Source of the DNA: Hydrolagus affinis
Lineage: Eukaryota
Direction of reading: 5' to 3'
DNA: 64,000 nucleotides
NCBI GenBank assembly: GCA_012026655.1
Contig: JAAILG010000680.1
Coordinates: 1-64,000, forward strand
Shown here in pieces: positions 12,501 through 24,900 of the stretch. Made by a program: the position numbers and the translations under genes. Within the stretch, counting starts at the first letter, position 1. Each line of letters begins with the position of its first letter. The notes below the pieces were generated by a model. The model saw only the letters and a list, made by a program, of their open reading frames with translations, was not told where the DNA came from and did not search any database.

Positions 12501-15500
12501 ATATTATAATTGTTTCCTCTGGCTTCTAGACCTCAATTCTCTCAGCAGAGGAAATAATTGCTCGCTGTTCATCCTGTCAATTCCCTTCATAATATTGCAC
12601 ACTTTGATCAGATCAGCCTTCAAACTCCTGAACACGAGAGAATAGAATCAAGGTTTTACATAATTTAGACCTTTCACACCAGGAATCATCCTGGTAAATT
12701 AATGCTGCACTACTCTCACACAATACTACTAAGATGTCCCAAACTGCACACAATTCTCCAAAAGGGTCTGACCAATGTTTTATACAACTGTAATATCACT
12801 TTCTGACTAAACTCTCTTGTGGGTTTCAGAAATCCTTAACAAGGACTTGTTGGCCACACTCCACCTTTTGGTTGCCGTTAACAGGCACTTCAGGCCTGAC
12901 ATGGACCTTCCTAAAAATGTTTACGTGGAAAAAGTAACTTACCAGGTGAGAAACAGTGTGAATTCTGCTGATAATTTGAGGCTCAGGCTGAACACTACCC
13001 ATTGGATACTGGGTTCCACATCACCATAGATAGGTATTTGGAAAGGAAAAATTTGCAGGGGTATGAGAAAATAGTGGCGGGGTGGGACTGATTGGGCAGC
13101 GCTTCCAAAGAGCTGGCACAAATGGGTTGAATGGCCTCCTTTTGTGCTGCAATATTCTATGATCATCCCTCTCTTCCATTATATTATTAATTTAATATTC
13201 CTCTGCCTCAGGGTTCAGTTGACATACCTGAATGTTGGAATTGAGTCCACCCTCTGTGATGGTCTTGAATCCGGTACCTGAGATAGGTGGGTCCACAGTA
13301 CTCCAGGGCACTACTGATGATAGCCTAGTCTAGCCTGGCTTATTGGCAGCCTTAGGGCAGACTAGTGGGGGCAGAGGCTCCTGCCTCTCAACTGTAAGTG
13401 TAGTGCAGTGTTAGTGTAGTTTGGTGTAAAAGGGAAGGTGACTGTGTGTTGGTAGGCAAACGTATGTTTGCTTTTGGAAATGGAAAAGGACTTTGACGCT
13501 GTCATTTGTTAACATTCTTGAGCTTTTTAAGTATCAACCACCTTGCCCCTCTGCACTCCATCCTCCCAATTCCTACCCCCAGCTCGGGTGTGGAATACTA
13601 TCTGTCCAGCAACTTAGGATGTCTTCCAAACGTGAAAGGGTGCTATATAAATGTAATTTTGTTGTTCTTTTTGTTTTCCAGATTGAGAATCAATCAGTAA
13701 AAAGTCAGAAGCATTTGGAATATATCACTGAGATGGGGTAATGCAAACTTTGCATCCACAATGCTTAGAAAAGATGATTTTGATCTGTTTGAAGACTTTC
13801 CCTTTCCCTTATCATTGCTCCCAAAATCCAGAGGTTTTGGGTTCAAGCCTACTCTATGAGTTCTGGACTTGAATTTACATAGTCTAAGATGCCATACCGA
13901 TATAGGGTAGAGATGCCATTCCTTCCCAATACATGGAAATTTGCAAGCAGAATCCTACAGCTCTGTGGTTAGAGCACTCGCCTTGCAAGAGAGAGACCTG
14001 GGTTCAATTTCAGGCAGGACAAAACCTTGGGCAAGTTTCTGTACTTCACAAACCTGATAATAATCCCTCGAACAAAAACAATAATAAATTGATCATTTCA
14101 AACCACGACTATTTGTGGGACACTGCTGTGCGCAATCAGCTGCCACATTTTGCCCACACATAAGCATATTCTGTGAAGCGCTTTGAGATGTCTAGAAGAG
14201 GTTAGCTATCAAATGCAAGGAATATTATAATTATTATTAGCAGTGGAATTATGGAGCTCTCTGTCTAGCTTTGATGCTCTTAGGCCCAGGGGTAGGTTTC
14301 CACATGTGTCAGACACATGACTGACCAGAAAAAAAAATTCAGATGGAAGTTAAGGATTCCACAGCACTATTGGAAAAGAGAAGGAAGGTTCTTTCTCCTG
14401 GTGTCCTGGTAACAATCCCTCATATAAAATTGGCCACTCACTTCACTGATGCTTGTGGGACTTTGTGCAAATTTGCTCCTGTGCTTGGCCACAAATACAG
14501 TCACTATACTTTACAGCTCTGTGAAGTGAATTGAGGCATCCTCCAGGTGTGAAAGATGCTATATCGAATGTAAAGATTATTATTATCGTCATTTCAGCTG
14601 ATTGTTCTCTTTCTTTCTTTTGGAGCAGCGATGAAAAGCCAGCAGGTAAGATGTTGCCTGGTGCTGTCAGGCCTTTCTCACTCACCACTGACACGTGAAG
14701 CATAGATAACAGGCTGCAATGTCCAAGCTAGAAACTAAACAAGGATCAGAATCATGATCACTTGGGGGTTAGTTATTTGGGACAATGGAAACCCATCACC
14801 AGGCGTAAGTGAATTGAAACCAAATTAGGAGTTTATTTACGACACCTACACCTGGAAATTTCCCCGAGTCTGGAATGGAATGCGCTCACCCTGGTGGGAC
14901 ACACCCTGCTTTATCTAATCAACAGGTTGCCAAGAGCCAAGGCTTGGGGATCCCACAGTGTGCGTTGGGATAATTGACAACCAGGGTGGGTTTAGACAGG
15001 ATAGTCCTTGTTTCACCAATCTCATAGATATCTTTGTGTGAAATTGAGCAGTACATGTAGAACAAGGAGGATGATCCCCAGTTTTAGAAGAATGATTTAT
15101 GAGCGACGATTAGACAATTGCAAGCTAGAATTCTCCAGTCTTGAAATGAGAAGTCTCAGAGAGGCCGTTATACAGTAATGTACAAGACAATTTATATAGT
15201 GTCTTATATCAGGAGGACATCTCAAAGTGCTTAGAAGATCTGGTGGATCAAATGAAATTGAAAGTGTAAACTCCGAACAATATTTTGGAGTATTGACATC
15301 AAGACAGTAGATCAATAGGACACAGGTTTAGAGTTGTAAAGGGCAATTTCAGGAAAGACACCAGGAAGTTTTTCTTTGCCCAGAGGGTAATTAACTAAAA
15401 CAGGTTAACAGGAAGGCTGACTCAGGTCAGAGCAATGGAATTGATTTTATAATCAGCTGGATCTCCTCTGAGACAGAGCAACAAAATTACATTTGTACAG

Positions 15501-18500
15501 CGCCTTTCACATTGGGAGGAGGCCCTAAGGCACTAGGAAGGCTAGAGGAATGATAACAGATGGGCCAAAGGGTCTTCTTCACCCAAATTAACAACAACAC
15601 AACAAAATTACACATATAGTGTCTTTCACTTCAGGAGGATCACAATATTTCAATCTGGAAAATTTGGTGTTGAATCCAGTTTGTGTTGATTTCTCCATAC
15701 GCCCCTGTTTACCTGGCAGTAAGTGGGAATCGGGCTACTAGTTGGTTGGTGGGTCAGTTTTTTTGGGTTAATAATTCCTTTCAAAAAAATAATTGGTCAC
15801 TTCAATCCACGACTGTTTGTGGGACACTGATGTGCACAATTGGCTGCCGCATTTCGCCCACAAATTAGCATATTCTGTGATGCTCTTTGAGATGTCTAGA
15901 AGATGTGTTAAAGTACTATATTAAATGCAAGGGTTATTCTTATTAATATTCTTATCAAAAGTGCACCTGAACTGGTGCAGCAGGTGTTCAGTGACCTGGG
16001 CCAGTGGGGGGAAGAGTCAAGATTTCTATCCTCTGATCAGAGAGACCAGTGAATTTAAGGTGTTTATGGGTGACAATATGGCTTAGCTCTGATATCCCAG
16101 TTGACTCATCTGTCCAAAACATGTGTTGGTTTCCGGTGAGGATTGACGACTGGAGGATGTTGGGAGCTTGAGGCATTGTCGTTTAGAGTCAGTGGATCAG
16201 GCGAGTGACAAACCAAAGTGAATGAGAGACACCAACCAGACAGGGACCGACTCTGTCAGGAAGATATTTACTATTTGTTTTCTTGTGTTTGATTTTAGAA
16301 GCTGATGTCATCGAAAATCTATTTAAACTTGGTCCTGATAAAGTGAACACTGTGAAGCAGGTCCTCACCTTTCATTTCTTCCTGTCTCCGCAGCGCTGCT
16401 TCCCCCTCTCCATTCCCACTCACCATTTATTCCCTCCATTCCTGCTCTCCATTCCCCCTCTGCAATCCTCCCCCTCATTCTGCCTTGCTTTTATTACCAC
16501 CATTGAATCTCCTCTGCTGAGGGTGGAAACACATATTGGTGGGGGACAAGCAGGCGACACCAGGGGCCCATTGCACGGGTGGGTGAGTGGGTGAAGGAGA
16601 AACAGTCCAACCTCACTCACCCCAAATCCTTAGGCTGAGTGACCTCTATCTGTGTTACTGTAACAGACTGGCCGGGTTGAGTGATCTCCTGTCCATTCAT
16701 TACTTAGCTCTTTGTTGATGGGTTTATCCACTAGACAACATTCTTCAGAAACAATAGTGTTTGTTTGAATTTCTCCATTAAAAGCATTGACTTGATCTTA
16801 TTGCCAATGTTGAATTTATGTCTTAAATTCAGGCATTGCTTAATTTCACGAATAAGTGGGTGCAGAGACTGGGGATCACCGTGAAGGAGTTTGATTCTCA
16901 GGTCAGTTCTTTCCAGTTTATTGCTGATAAATTCTGACAATTCAGTGTTGTCCATGAACTCAAGCTTTAACAGCTCTGGTCAGACATAACTGTCTCATCG
17001 AAAGGACGGCAGCTCCGATAACGCAACGCTGTCTCAACACTGTGTGTCAGCCTGGACTGTGGGCAAAAATTTCCAATGTGGGGATTGAATTTACAACCTT
17101 TTAAATATTAAATAATTATTATTGCATTTGGTACACTGCCTTTCACATCAGGAGGACATCCCAAATCACTTTACAAGATTTACTACAAAGTGTAGGGACT
17201 GTGTATTTTCTGGGCAAATGCAATTGTAAATTGTTGCATAACAATGTCCCACAAACAGTCATGAAGTGAGTGACAAATTTTATCTGTCAGTCAGAACATT
17301 GCGAGACAGAAACTCCCTTCTCTTTTCGAATAGCACCTCAGGATCATTATCTTCCACCTCAACAGGTACCAGGGTCCTCGGCAACTCTGACAATGCAGCC
17401 AGCCCCCAGCACTGCACTGGAGTGGCAGTCAAGGCTATGAGTTCCAAGTCCCAATGTGGGATTTGATCCCAAAACTTTCACACCCTCAGTCTCACTTTTG
17501 CCTCAGGGGTGAGAGTGCAAGAGACTGAGCCAGGCTGAGACATCAAATGATAAAACACCTCAGTGAACAGGAAGAAGGCCTGAACAGAATATTGCTCTTT
17601 GAAAGCGCGGCATGAATGCTTTTAGCTGAGTGGCAGCACTCTATGCAGTGACACTATAGGGCATGTGATGTGCTCTGACCAGATTCCGTCTGTTGTGTTT
17701 ATCATCAGTTTGCCAATGGTGTGATCCTGATTCTCCTAATTGGACAATTAGAGGGTTACTTTATTCGCCTCAGTGAATATCACCTCAGCCCTTCCAGCCG
17801 GACAGAGATGGTAAGTTCACTGAGCAAATTTTTAAATTAAATTTGTATCGTATCGAATCCTGGTCTCCACACTACAAGAAAGATATAGCGGTGATGAAAA
17901 GAGTACAGCGTAAGCTTATGAGACCTCTGCACACAAGGTCCCGCAAGCCGATCACCCCACCCTCGACCAACTCCACTGGTTCCCATCCATCAGAGGATCG
18001 ATTTCAAGATCTTCATCCTCACGTTTAAATCTCTTCATGATCTCACCCCATCCTACATTTGTGACTGCCCAGCGAGCACCAGCCTGCTTCATGTCAGGTT
18101 TTCAGCTATTCTGAAGCTTACCCCTCTTTCTCCCCTTCCCCTTCACCCCGTTGCCCCACCGTTTGTTCTCCCAGTTAGTTATGTGAAGTGCTTTCAGACA
18201 CCTCTCTACCTCCCCACCACAGTGAAAGGTGCTTTGTGAGTTTGAAGAGGCTTTGATAATGGGTTTTATTGTGTGATTGAATGCTGAAAGACTAAACAAG
18301 AAGGAAGCACACTGTTGCCTGTTTAGCACTTTAGTGCAACTCGCTCTCATCCATTATGTGTTTGTGTGTCACTCTGACACACATATATGCATGTGCATGC
18401 ACCCACACAGGGGAACAGACACATGCACACATGTTTGCATTTGGCACAGTGCACTCGGACATACACCTAAACAAATACACACTCACATATACTTGGACAC

Positions 18501-19526
18501 ATGCTCAGATACACATCCACTCAGTGGCACATACTGGAACACAGGAACACACACTGGTAGATGCAAGCTTGTATACTGTGGTTTCTTTGTGCATTTTATC
18601 CACAGCTTCACAATGTGACTCTTGCACTGGAGATTCTGAAGGAAAATGAAGTGCAGATAGAGTCCGTCACTCCAGAAGGTGGGTGAGCGTTTGGTGGAGG
18701 ATATTTTTTTTAATGATCTGAAAAGGTTGTAAACATTCAGTGCTCTTACTTTGTCAAGTTGTCAGTTGTTTTTCATCTATCTGACAACTAGTTTGTGAGG
18801 TTCTGAGATCTGCAGCACCTTGGCACGTCCTTCTGACCTGAACGGTGCTATACAAATGTAAATTGTTGTTGTTGCTGTTTTCCTCACTCTATCTTCTCCT
18901 GATATCATATTCTACCTCCTCCACCTCAGCCACTCCCGATCATACATAATAATAATAATCCTTACATTTCATACAGCAACTGATCACATTGTTAAAATGT
19001 CTCGAAGCACTTCACCAAACACACTGTAAAGTCCTGACGAAGGGTTGTAGACCCGAAACGTTGACTCTTTTTCCTTTCTCCATGGATGCTGCTTGACCTG
19101 CTGAGCTTCCCCAGCAACCTGTTTTTGTTTCAGATTCCCAGCATCTGTAGTATTTTGTGTTTTGACACTGTAAAGTGCACTGATTGTGCATTTTGTGGAC
19201 CAACGCGGCAGTGAATTTGCATAAATTTCCACAAATCATGGAATAAATTACTCAGGCACACAAGCTGGCTCATTCCCAATGCTTCACTGGAGCATCACCC
19301 TAGACTATAAACTCAAAGTCCCTGACATGGAGGTTGAATCCACAACCTCTTTAAAATAAAAGAATGTAATGAGTATTTCACTTTTCTAAAACTAAAATGT
19401 GCCATCAGACGTTACACCTCACTCACTCAGTGTGCTTTTCTCATGCCACCAGATATTGTAAATATGGACAGAAAAGCCACCTTTCGTGTCTTGTACACCT
19501 TGTTCAAAATGTACAAGAACAAATAA
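9592..19526 (+). CDS. PARVG: gamma-parvin, complete, 12 coding exons, 309 aa
   Basis: Exons 9592-9640, 10639-10703, 11453-11555, 11890-12033, 12830-12945, 13682-13737, 14629-14645, 16299-16360, 16833-16901, 17709-17810, 18606-18678, 19453-19526 sum to 930 nt in frame. Peptides such as FLIDWINLTLKQDHIVVQSLEEDMYDGLVLNHLL, ILNKDLLATLHLLVAV, FANGVILILLIGQLEGYF, LHNVTLALEIL and DIVNMDRKATFRVLYTLF match gamma-parvin. It lies in tandem after PARVB, as in mammals, and shares the 62/69/102/73-nt exon sizes with PARVB. Confidence 0.92.
9868..10300 (+). repeat. unclassified interspersed repeat (multi-copy in the window)
   Basis: Core cacagtactccagggcac(a/t)(g/a)ctgat(g/c)a recurs at about 1299-1382 (-), 13270-13380 (+) and 49190-49480 (-). 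Other segments recur at about 14850-15010, 29200-29362 and 32930-33120. Confidence 0.6.
10795..11115 (+). mobile_element. tRNA-derived SINE (SINE2-1_CM-like), full length
   Basis: A-box tagctcagtgg, B-box ggttcaattcc, Deu-like ctgtgtgcaattagctg, L2-like 3' end, (ATT)n tail. Confidence 0.8.
11694..11860. repeat. 12-bp minisatellite (ATCACCCAACAT)n decaying into GACATCA units
   Basis: Several exact ATCACCCAACAT units in PARVG intron 3. Confidence 0.85.
13951..14240 (+). mobile_element. tRNA-derived SINE (SINE2-1_CM-like)
   Basis: Same head, body and (ATT)n tail as the other copies. Confidence 0.8.
19030..19066 (+). ncRNA. minimal type-I hammerhead ribozyme motif
   Basis: AGTC-CTGACGA-A-GGGT(TGTAG)ACCC-GAAAC-GTT-GACT gives stem I AGTC/GACT, core CUGANGA, stem II GGGU/ACCC, GAAA, loopless palindromic stem III (AACGTT) and a GUU cleavage triplet. 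Confidence 0.7.
19033..19164 (+). mobile_element. short non-autonomous Penelope-type element carrying a hammerhead motif, flanked by direct repeats
   Basis: ACACTGTAAAGT occurs at 19021-19032 and 19165-19176, and the element interrupts a SINE tail. A near-identical copy lies at 31309-31445. Confidence 0.75.
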
Positions 19527-20780
19527 TGAAAGAGACCAGGACCGAGAGATGAGGATTGCAGCACCAAGCCAGAACTTGATTCTAGGATGGACAATGGAAG
19601 GAGAGTATTCTTTGTGGTCACACATTGTCACGGCAGTTCTCAGTACAGTATTTCTTTCACAATCTTTTCCTTTGGCCATTTGCATTTCACATTTGAGCGA
19701 TCCACCCGGCCTTCAGCCACTGTGACCCCTAACCTCTGGAATTCCATTCCGCAGTCCCTCCATCTAGCCTCCTTCGAGTCCCGCCTCAAAACCCTCCTCT
19801 TCGGTGGTCCTTTCGGTCACCCCAAATCCCCTCCTTTCCCTCCACCTGCCCCGATCCCAGCTCGGATCTGAAACATTAACTGTCTACCGCCTTGGGACTC
19901 CTCCTGATGTGAAATGCGCTATAAAAATGTAGACTACTTGTTGCATTCAGAATGTATTTGAGCTAAAATTGTGTTTGGAGCTCAGCTCTGGTGATAAAAC
20001 TGTTTGTAAATAGTTGGACCAGTGCAGACAAAGCTTTGGTATAAAGATTCAATAATCTTGACTTTTGTTTATTGTCAAATACATTTTTGACTTTAAGTTT
20101 TCACTGGAGAGACACTTAATTGCAGAGAGTATTAAGACCAGTTGGTCCGTTGGAGTAATTGCTGCAGGTTAATCAACAAAAAAATGCAGTTTATGATTGA
20201 GTCCATTGTCAGTTTCAAGTGGGTGGGTAAATGAAGAGGCTTGAAGGTGTGTATGCACTTTATTCTGAGAACTGGGGCAGATTAAATGGGCAGAATGACC
20301 TCCTTCTATGATGAATTTTCCAGATATCAAGGGAGATCAGGAGAATCCTCTTCCCAGGTGGTGAAAATGTGGAACTCACTACCAGAAGCTGTGATTGAAG
20401 CAGAACTTAGCATACTTACTGTATTTAAAAGGAACTTTGATACATGAGAGAGAATAGTGGTATGAGGGAGAGGAATGTAACAGGCTCGGTGTGTGGAAAA
20501 CGACGCCACAGGCATAGACTAGTTACGATGAAGGACATTTCTTTGCTGTAATCTGCAGGTCAAAGCTGTAATGGGTAATAGTGGTCCTCAGTGAATAAGC
20601 ATTGGGAATCTTACAAGGCAGTGATGCTGTGTTTGACGGTTAATCTCTAGTACCTTCATCTGAGTAAGTCTGGTTATTAAATATTTATATATATATACAT
20701 AAAATATATGCTCAATGTATATTTTATATGTATATACATGTAAAATATATGCTTAATGTATAATCACTTAACTAATTGGA

Positions 20781-21082
20781 TTCCTGTAGCTCAGTGGTTA
20801 GAGCACTCGCCTTATGTGTGAGACCCGTGTTCGAATCCAGACAGGTCATGGCAAAACCTTAGGCAAGTTTCCTTACTCCACACACCTAATAATAATCCCT
20901 CAAAAAAAAATTTGGTCATCTCACTCCACGACTGCTTGTCGGATATGCTGTGCGCAATTGGGTGCCGCGTTTCGCCCATAAATATAGTCAATGCATACTA
21001 CAGTATATTCTGTGAAGTGCTTTGAGATGTCTAGAAGCTGTGAAAAGCACTATACCAAATGCAAGGATTATTATTATTATTA
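20781..21082 (+). mobile_element. tRNA-derived SINE (SINE2-1_CM-like)
   Basis: tcctgtagctcagtggttagagcac...gttcgaatcc...gcaaggattattattatt. Confidence 0.85.
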
Positions 21083-21906
21083 TGTTTTCTGAAATTAGGT
21101 AGGGAGAAAACATTTCATATTCCATTCCAAACATGGAAATTTCCAGGTGTTGATTTGATGTATGGGTTGAATATCCAGAGTGTATGGGACAGCAGTGAAT
21201 CCAACAACTAGCTGACCAAAACCCCATCCGTGCTATAAGACATGCACTCGTCTTCAAATCCCTTCATACCCAGGTACACCCCCACCTGTCCGATCTGCTT
21301 ACTTCGCAGACCCACTAGCCGTTGCCTCCGCAACTTGAGTGATGGGTCAGCCTAGACCTGCAAAGTGATCTTAAAGTCCCAACATGGGGTTTGAACCCAC
21401 AATTTCTGATTCAGACATGAGAGTGGTACCAACTGAGTCAGGTTGGCACTACAAATTTCAGGAGATGAGAACAAATGGGCTGAGAGGCAAACTGTTCCTG
21501 AAATTCATGGATTTGTATCTGACTGAAGCAACAGACATGTACAGTTGCTAATTTTAATGATTTCAGTTATAAACATCAACTGCTAAGCATCACATCAACG
21601 CAATGAGCAGGCAACTCATTGCCAAATTAGGTTAGATTCAGTGTGTTAGTCAGGACAAGACTGTAACAAATTGGTTACCGGTTCTAAACATTCATAAAAC
21701 ATTGCTGTATGCACCTAGAATTTCAGGAAATCAAGTTACTGCAGCAAAATAGGGAATAAATAGTCAAAACATGTTTAAGGCTCTCAGATCACAGAGCACC
21801 AGAGACACATGGAACAATACAGCAGGTTACTGAGCTGTTCTCTCCTCTCGCCACCCCCGCAGACACCATAGCTCTTCTCCAGTCCCACTCATAGATGTTG
21901 CCAGCT

Positions 21907-24900
21907 TCAGCTGTATGGTTTTTGTGCCAGTAGAGTAGTCAGCTTGATCTTGCCATCCATGGAAGCTGTCAGGCAGGTGCCACAATCCAACGCGGTACAC
22001 CAGTCCACAGTGACCACTGGAGCTCTATGCCCCCCCAGAGATAGGCAGGTTTCCAGACTTCCTTCAGCACCCGCCAGCTGAAAGGGAAATCAATCCAGGG
22101 TTTACAATGGCTCTGCAACAATTTCAGAGTGGCCAGCAATAAACCCTCAATGTTCCCGGTCCCCTTGTCACTCCCCAGCAAATATCTCCCCTCCCCCACC
22201 AGCAGACATTCAACCTGCCCCACCACCCACGAGCAGATACCTCCCCCACTCCACCCACCAGCAGACATCTCTCCCATCCACCAGCAGTCACCTCCCCCTC
22301 CTACCAGCAGACACCTCCCCCACACCCATCCCAGTAGATGCCTTACCTTGTGAATGATACCACCAGTAGAGGAGCAGGTGAGGACATAGTTTCCCTCTGA
22401 ATCAAAGGCAAACAGTCTTCCTCGCGGCACCTGGACCTGCCTGTAGCCGCTGTATCCTGACAGCACGAAGGGGCCGATAGCATCAGCCTGCACCACACAT
22501 TCAGAAACCTTCTCTCCGCTCTTATGGATGTTCCACTGAATGAACTGGGTCAGGGAGAGAGTAAAGCAGTCACTGGACTCTACGCACACCAAGTGAAATC
22601 ACTCACAAAATATACTGAGCCCCGCGATCATTACAATGTGATCAGCAGCCGGCCAATTACTGCGGTAAGAGAAATGAGGAGTAGTGTGAGAGGGAGAGCC
22701 AGGGAAGGAAAGAAAGAGAGAGAGCTTGAGAGGATGAGCCGGGGACAGAGCAAGAGCGTGTGAGGGAGAGCTGAAAAGAGAAGGCCCAAGTCATGTGGGG
22801 GAAAAGAGAGAAAGTGAGTGAGATAGATAAGCCGGAGAGAGAGATCGTCCCCACAACCCCAAAAGGATAGTTAGCAATTTGAGTTCTGACAAGCATGGAG
22901 TTGAGCCCTCACTGGGTGAATGGCAGGTCAGTACCTGCTGTGACCTACCTTCCCATCTTCCCCAATACTGTAAACCGAGTTTTCATCGTAGCTGAACTCC
23001 ACAGAGTAAACCTCCCCAGAGTGAGAGTGCCAGCTCATGGCACAGTCATACCTCTGCATGTCTGAGAGAGAACAGAAAAAACTCAACCTCCACACTCTGC
23101 ATACTCAATGGGACCATTTTAAATAATAATAATCCTTCCATTTGATACAGTGCTTTTCATGCTGGGTTGATGTCCTAAAGAGCTTCACAGCCAACTGTAA
23201 AATGTAGTGACCGTGTGTTTTGTGAGCAAACACAACAGCCAATTTGCCCCAGCAACATCCCACAAACAGCTACAAAGTAACCAATTGTATCTGGAGGATT
23301 GTTGGCCAATACACCTGGAGAGAGACTCCCATTACTTTATAAAATGTACCACAGGATCTTCAAAGTCCATCTGAACAGCCATGGATGGGATCTCAGTTTA
23401 AAGTCTCATCTGAAGTATGGCACCTCCAACAATGCAGCACTCCCCAGCACTGCACTGGAGTGTCACCTTAGACTGTATGAGTTCCAAGTCCCCAATGTGG
23501 GAATTGTCATCACAATCTTCTGACTCAGAGGTTAGAGTACATGTGACTGAGCCAGGCTGACATCGAGTAGGGTCAGTGTTCTTGGTTCATTAAAATATTC
23601 CTTTATTTTTCTTTACAAATCATATTTTCTTGATCACTTCCTAAGGAAAACCCCCCCCAAAATTCCATTCCTCTCAAGAGACCCGTCTGAGTGAAGCAAA
23701 CACTTGTTTGGATCAGCCTGGCAAGTCTGATTCTTGAATCCCTTTGATTCCCCCGAGAGAGATTCTCATCTTACCAAACAGCCTGATAATACCGTCAGCA
23801 GTCCCAGTGACCAGCAGGTTTCCGTTATGGTTGAAAGCTGTACAGTTGATGGCAATGGGATCAGGATCCAGACAGAACAAATGCTGGGGACAAAACAGAA
23901 TGATTGCGTTGTGGTCCCAGTCCAACTCGCTGGAAATCTTACATACTTTACAAAGCAACAACAATTTGTATTCAATATAGGATCTTTCACACGGGGTTGT
24001 GCCTCAGAGCTCTTAAACCATACCACCAGCAAATATCACAGCTTTATTCTGGTTGGGTGTTTCATGTGGTGAGACTCTGCGAGTTTGAATTCATTTCCCC
24101 CCATGCCCCACAAATCCACTGTCAGTACTGGCCCCTGTGTAACCTGAATACGAACAATGACCAAAGTTGGAACAAACATGCTTAATTAGCCTCCACACCA
24201 TCACCTCTAACCCTACCCCTCCATTCCTTCTTCCTCCCTGCATGACAAACCTAGTACTCAAAGCATTTCTGGTCAGGTGAGGCTGGTCCATACCTGTTGT
24301 TTCATGGTCTTGGTGTCCCAAAGAAGCAGTTTCCCTGGAACCAGATTCAGCCCCTTTCCTCCCATCTCTGATACTGTTCCTGTCCGTATGCTTGGAGCTG
24401 CTGAGGAGCACACAAAGGATGTGCCACTGGGACTACACGCCAGGGATAAAATTCTGGGAAGCAGAAAGGGAGAAGAGACTCACCATGTGAACCCGGATTT
24501 AGTGCAGCCACTGAGGCTGCCTTTTACTCATTTCCTATTTCATGTCCTATTCTTCAGTAAACAGTGTGCCTGGCTCAGTTGGTAGCATGCTTGTCTTTGC
24601 GTTAGAAGGTTGTGGGCTCAAGCCCCACATTGGGTCTTGAAGTCATAGTTAAAGAGATTCCGGCTGGTCAATTCACTCTACAGTACATTCTGTGAAGCGC
24701 GTTGAGACATCTGGAAAGTGCTATATCAAATACCAGGATTATTATTTATTATTATATGTATGGTTGAAAAGCTAAACCTTAAAGTAAGATATTAAGGCAG
24801 ATAAAGAGATCTTAAGGCTGGGAGTTCCAGAGGTTAGAGATGTAGTGATTGAAGGCACGGTTACTGATGGTGGCACAGTCGGGGACGACCACTCTTTGTA

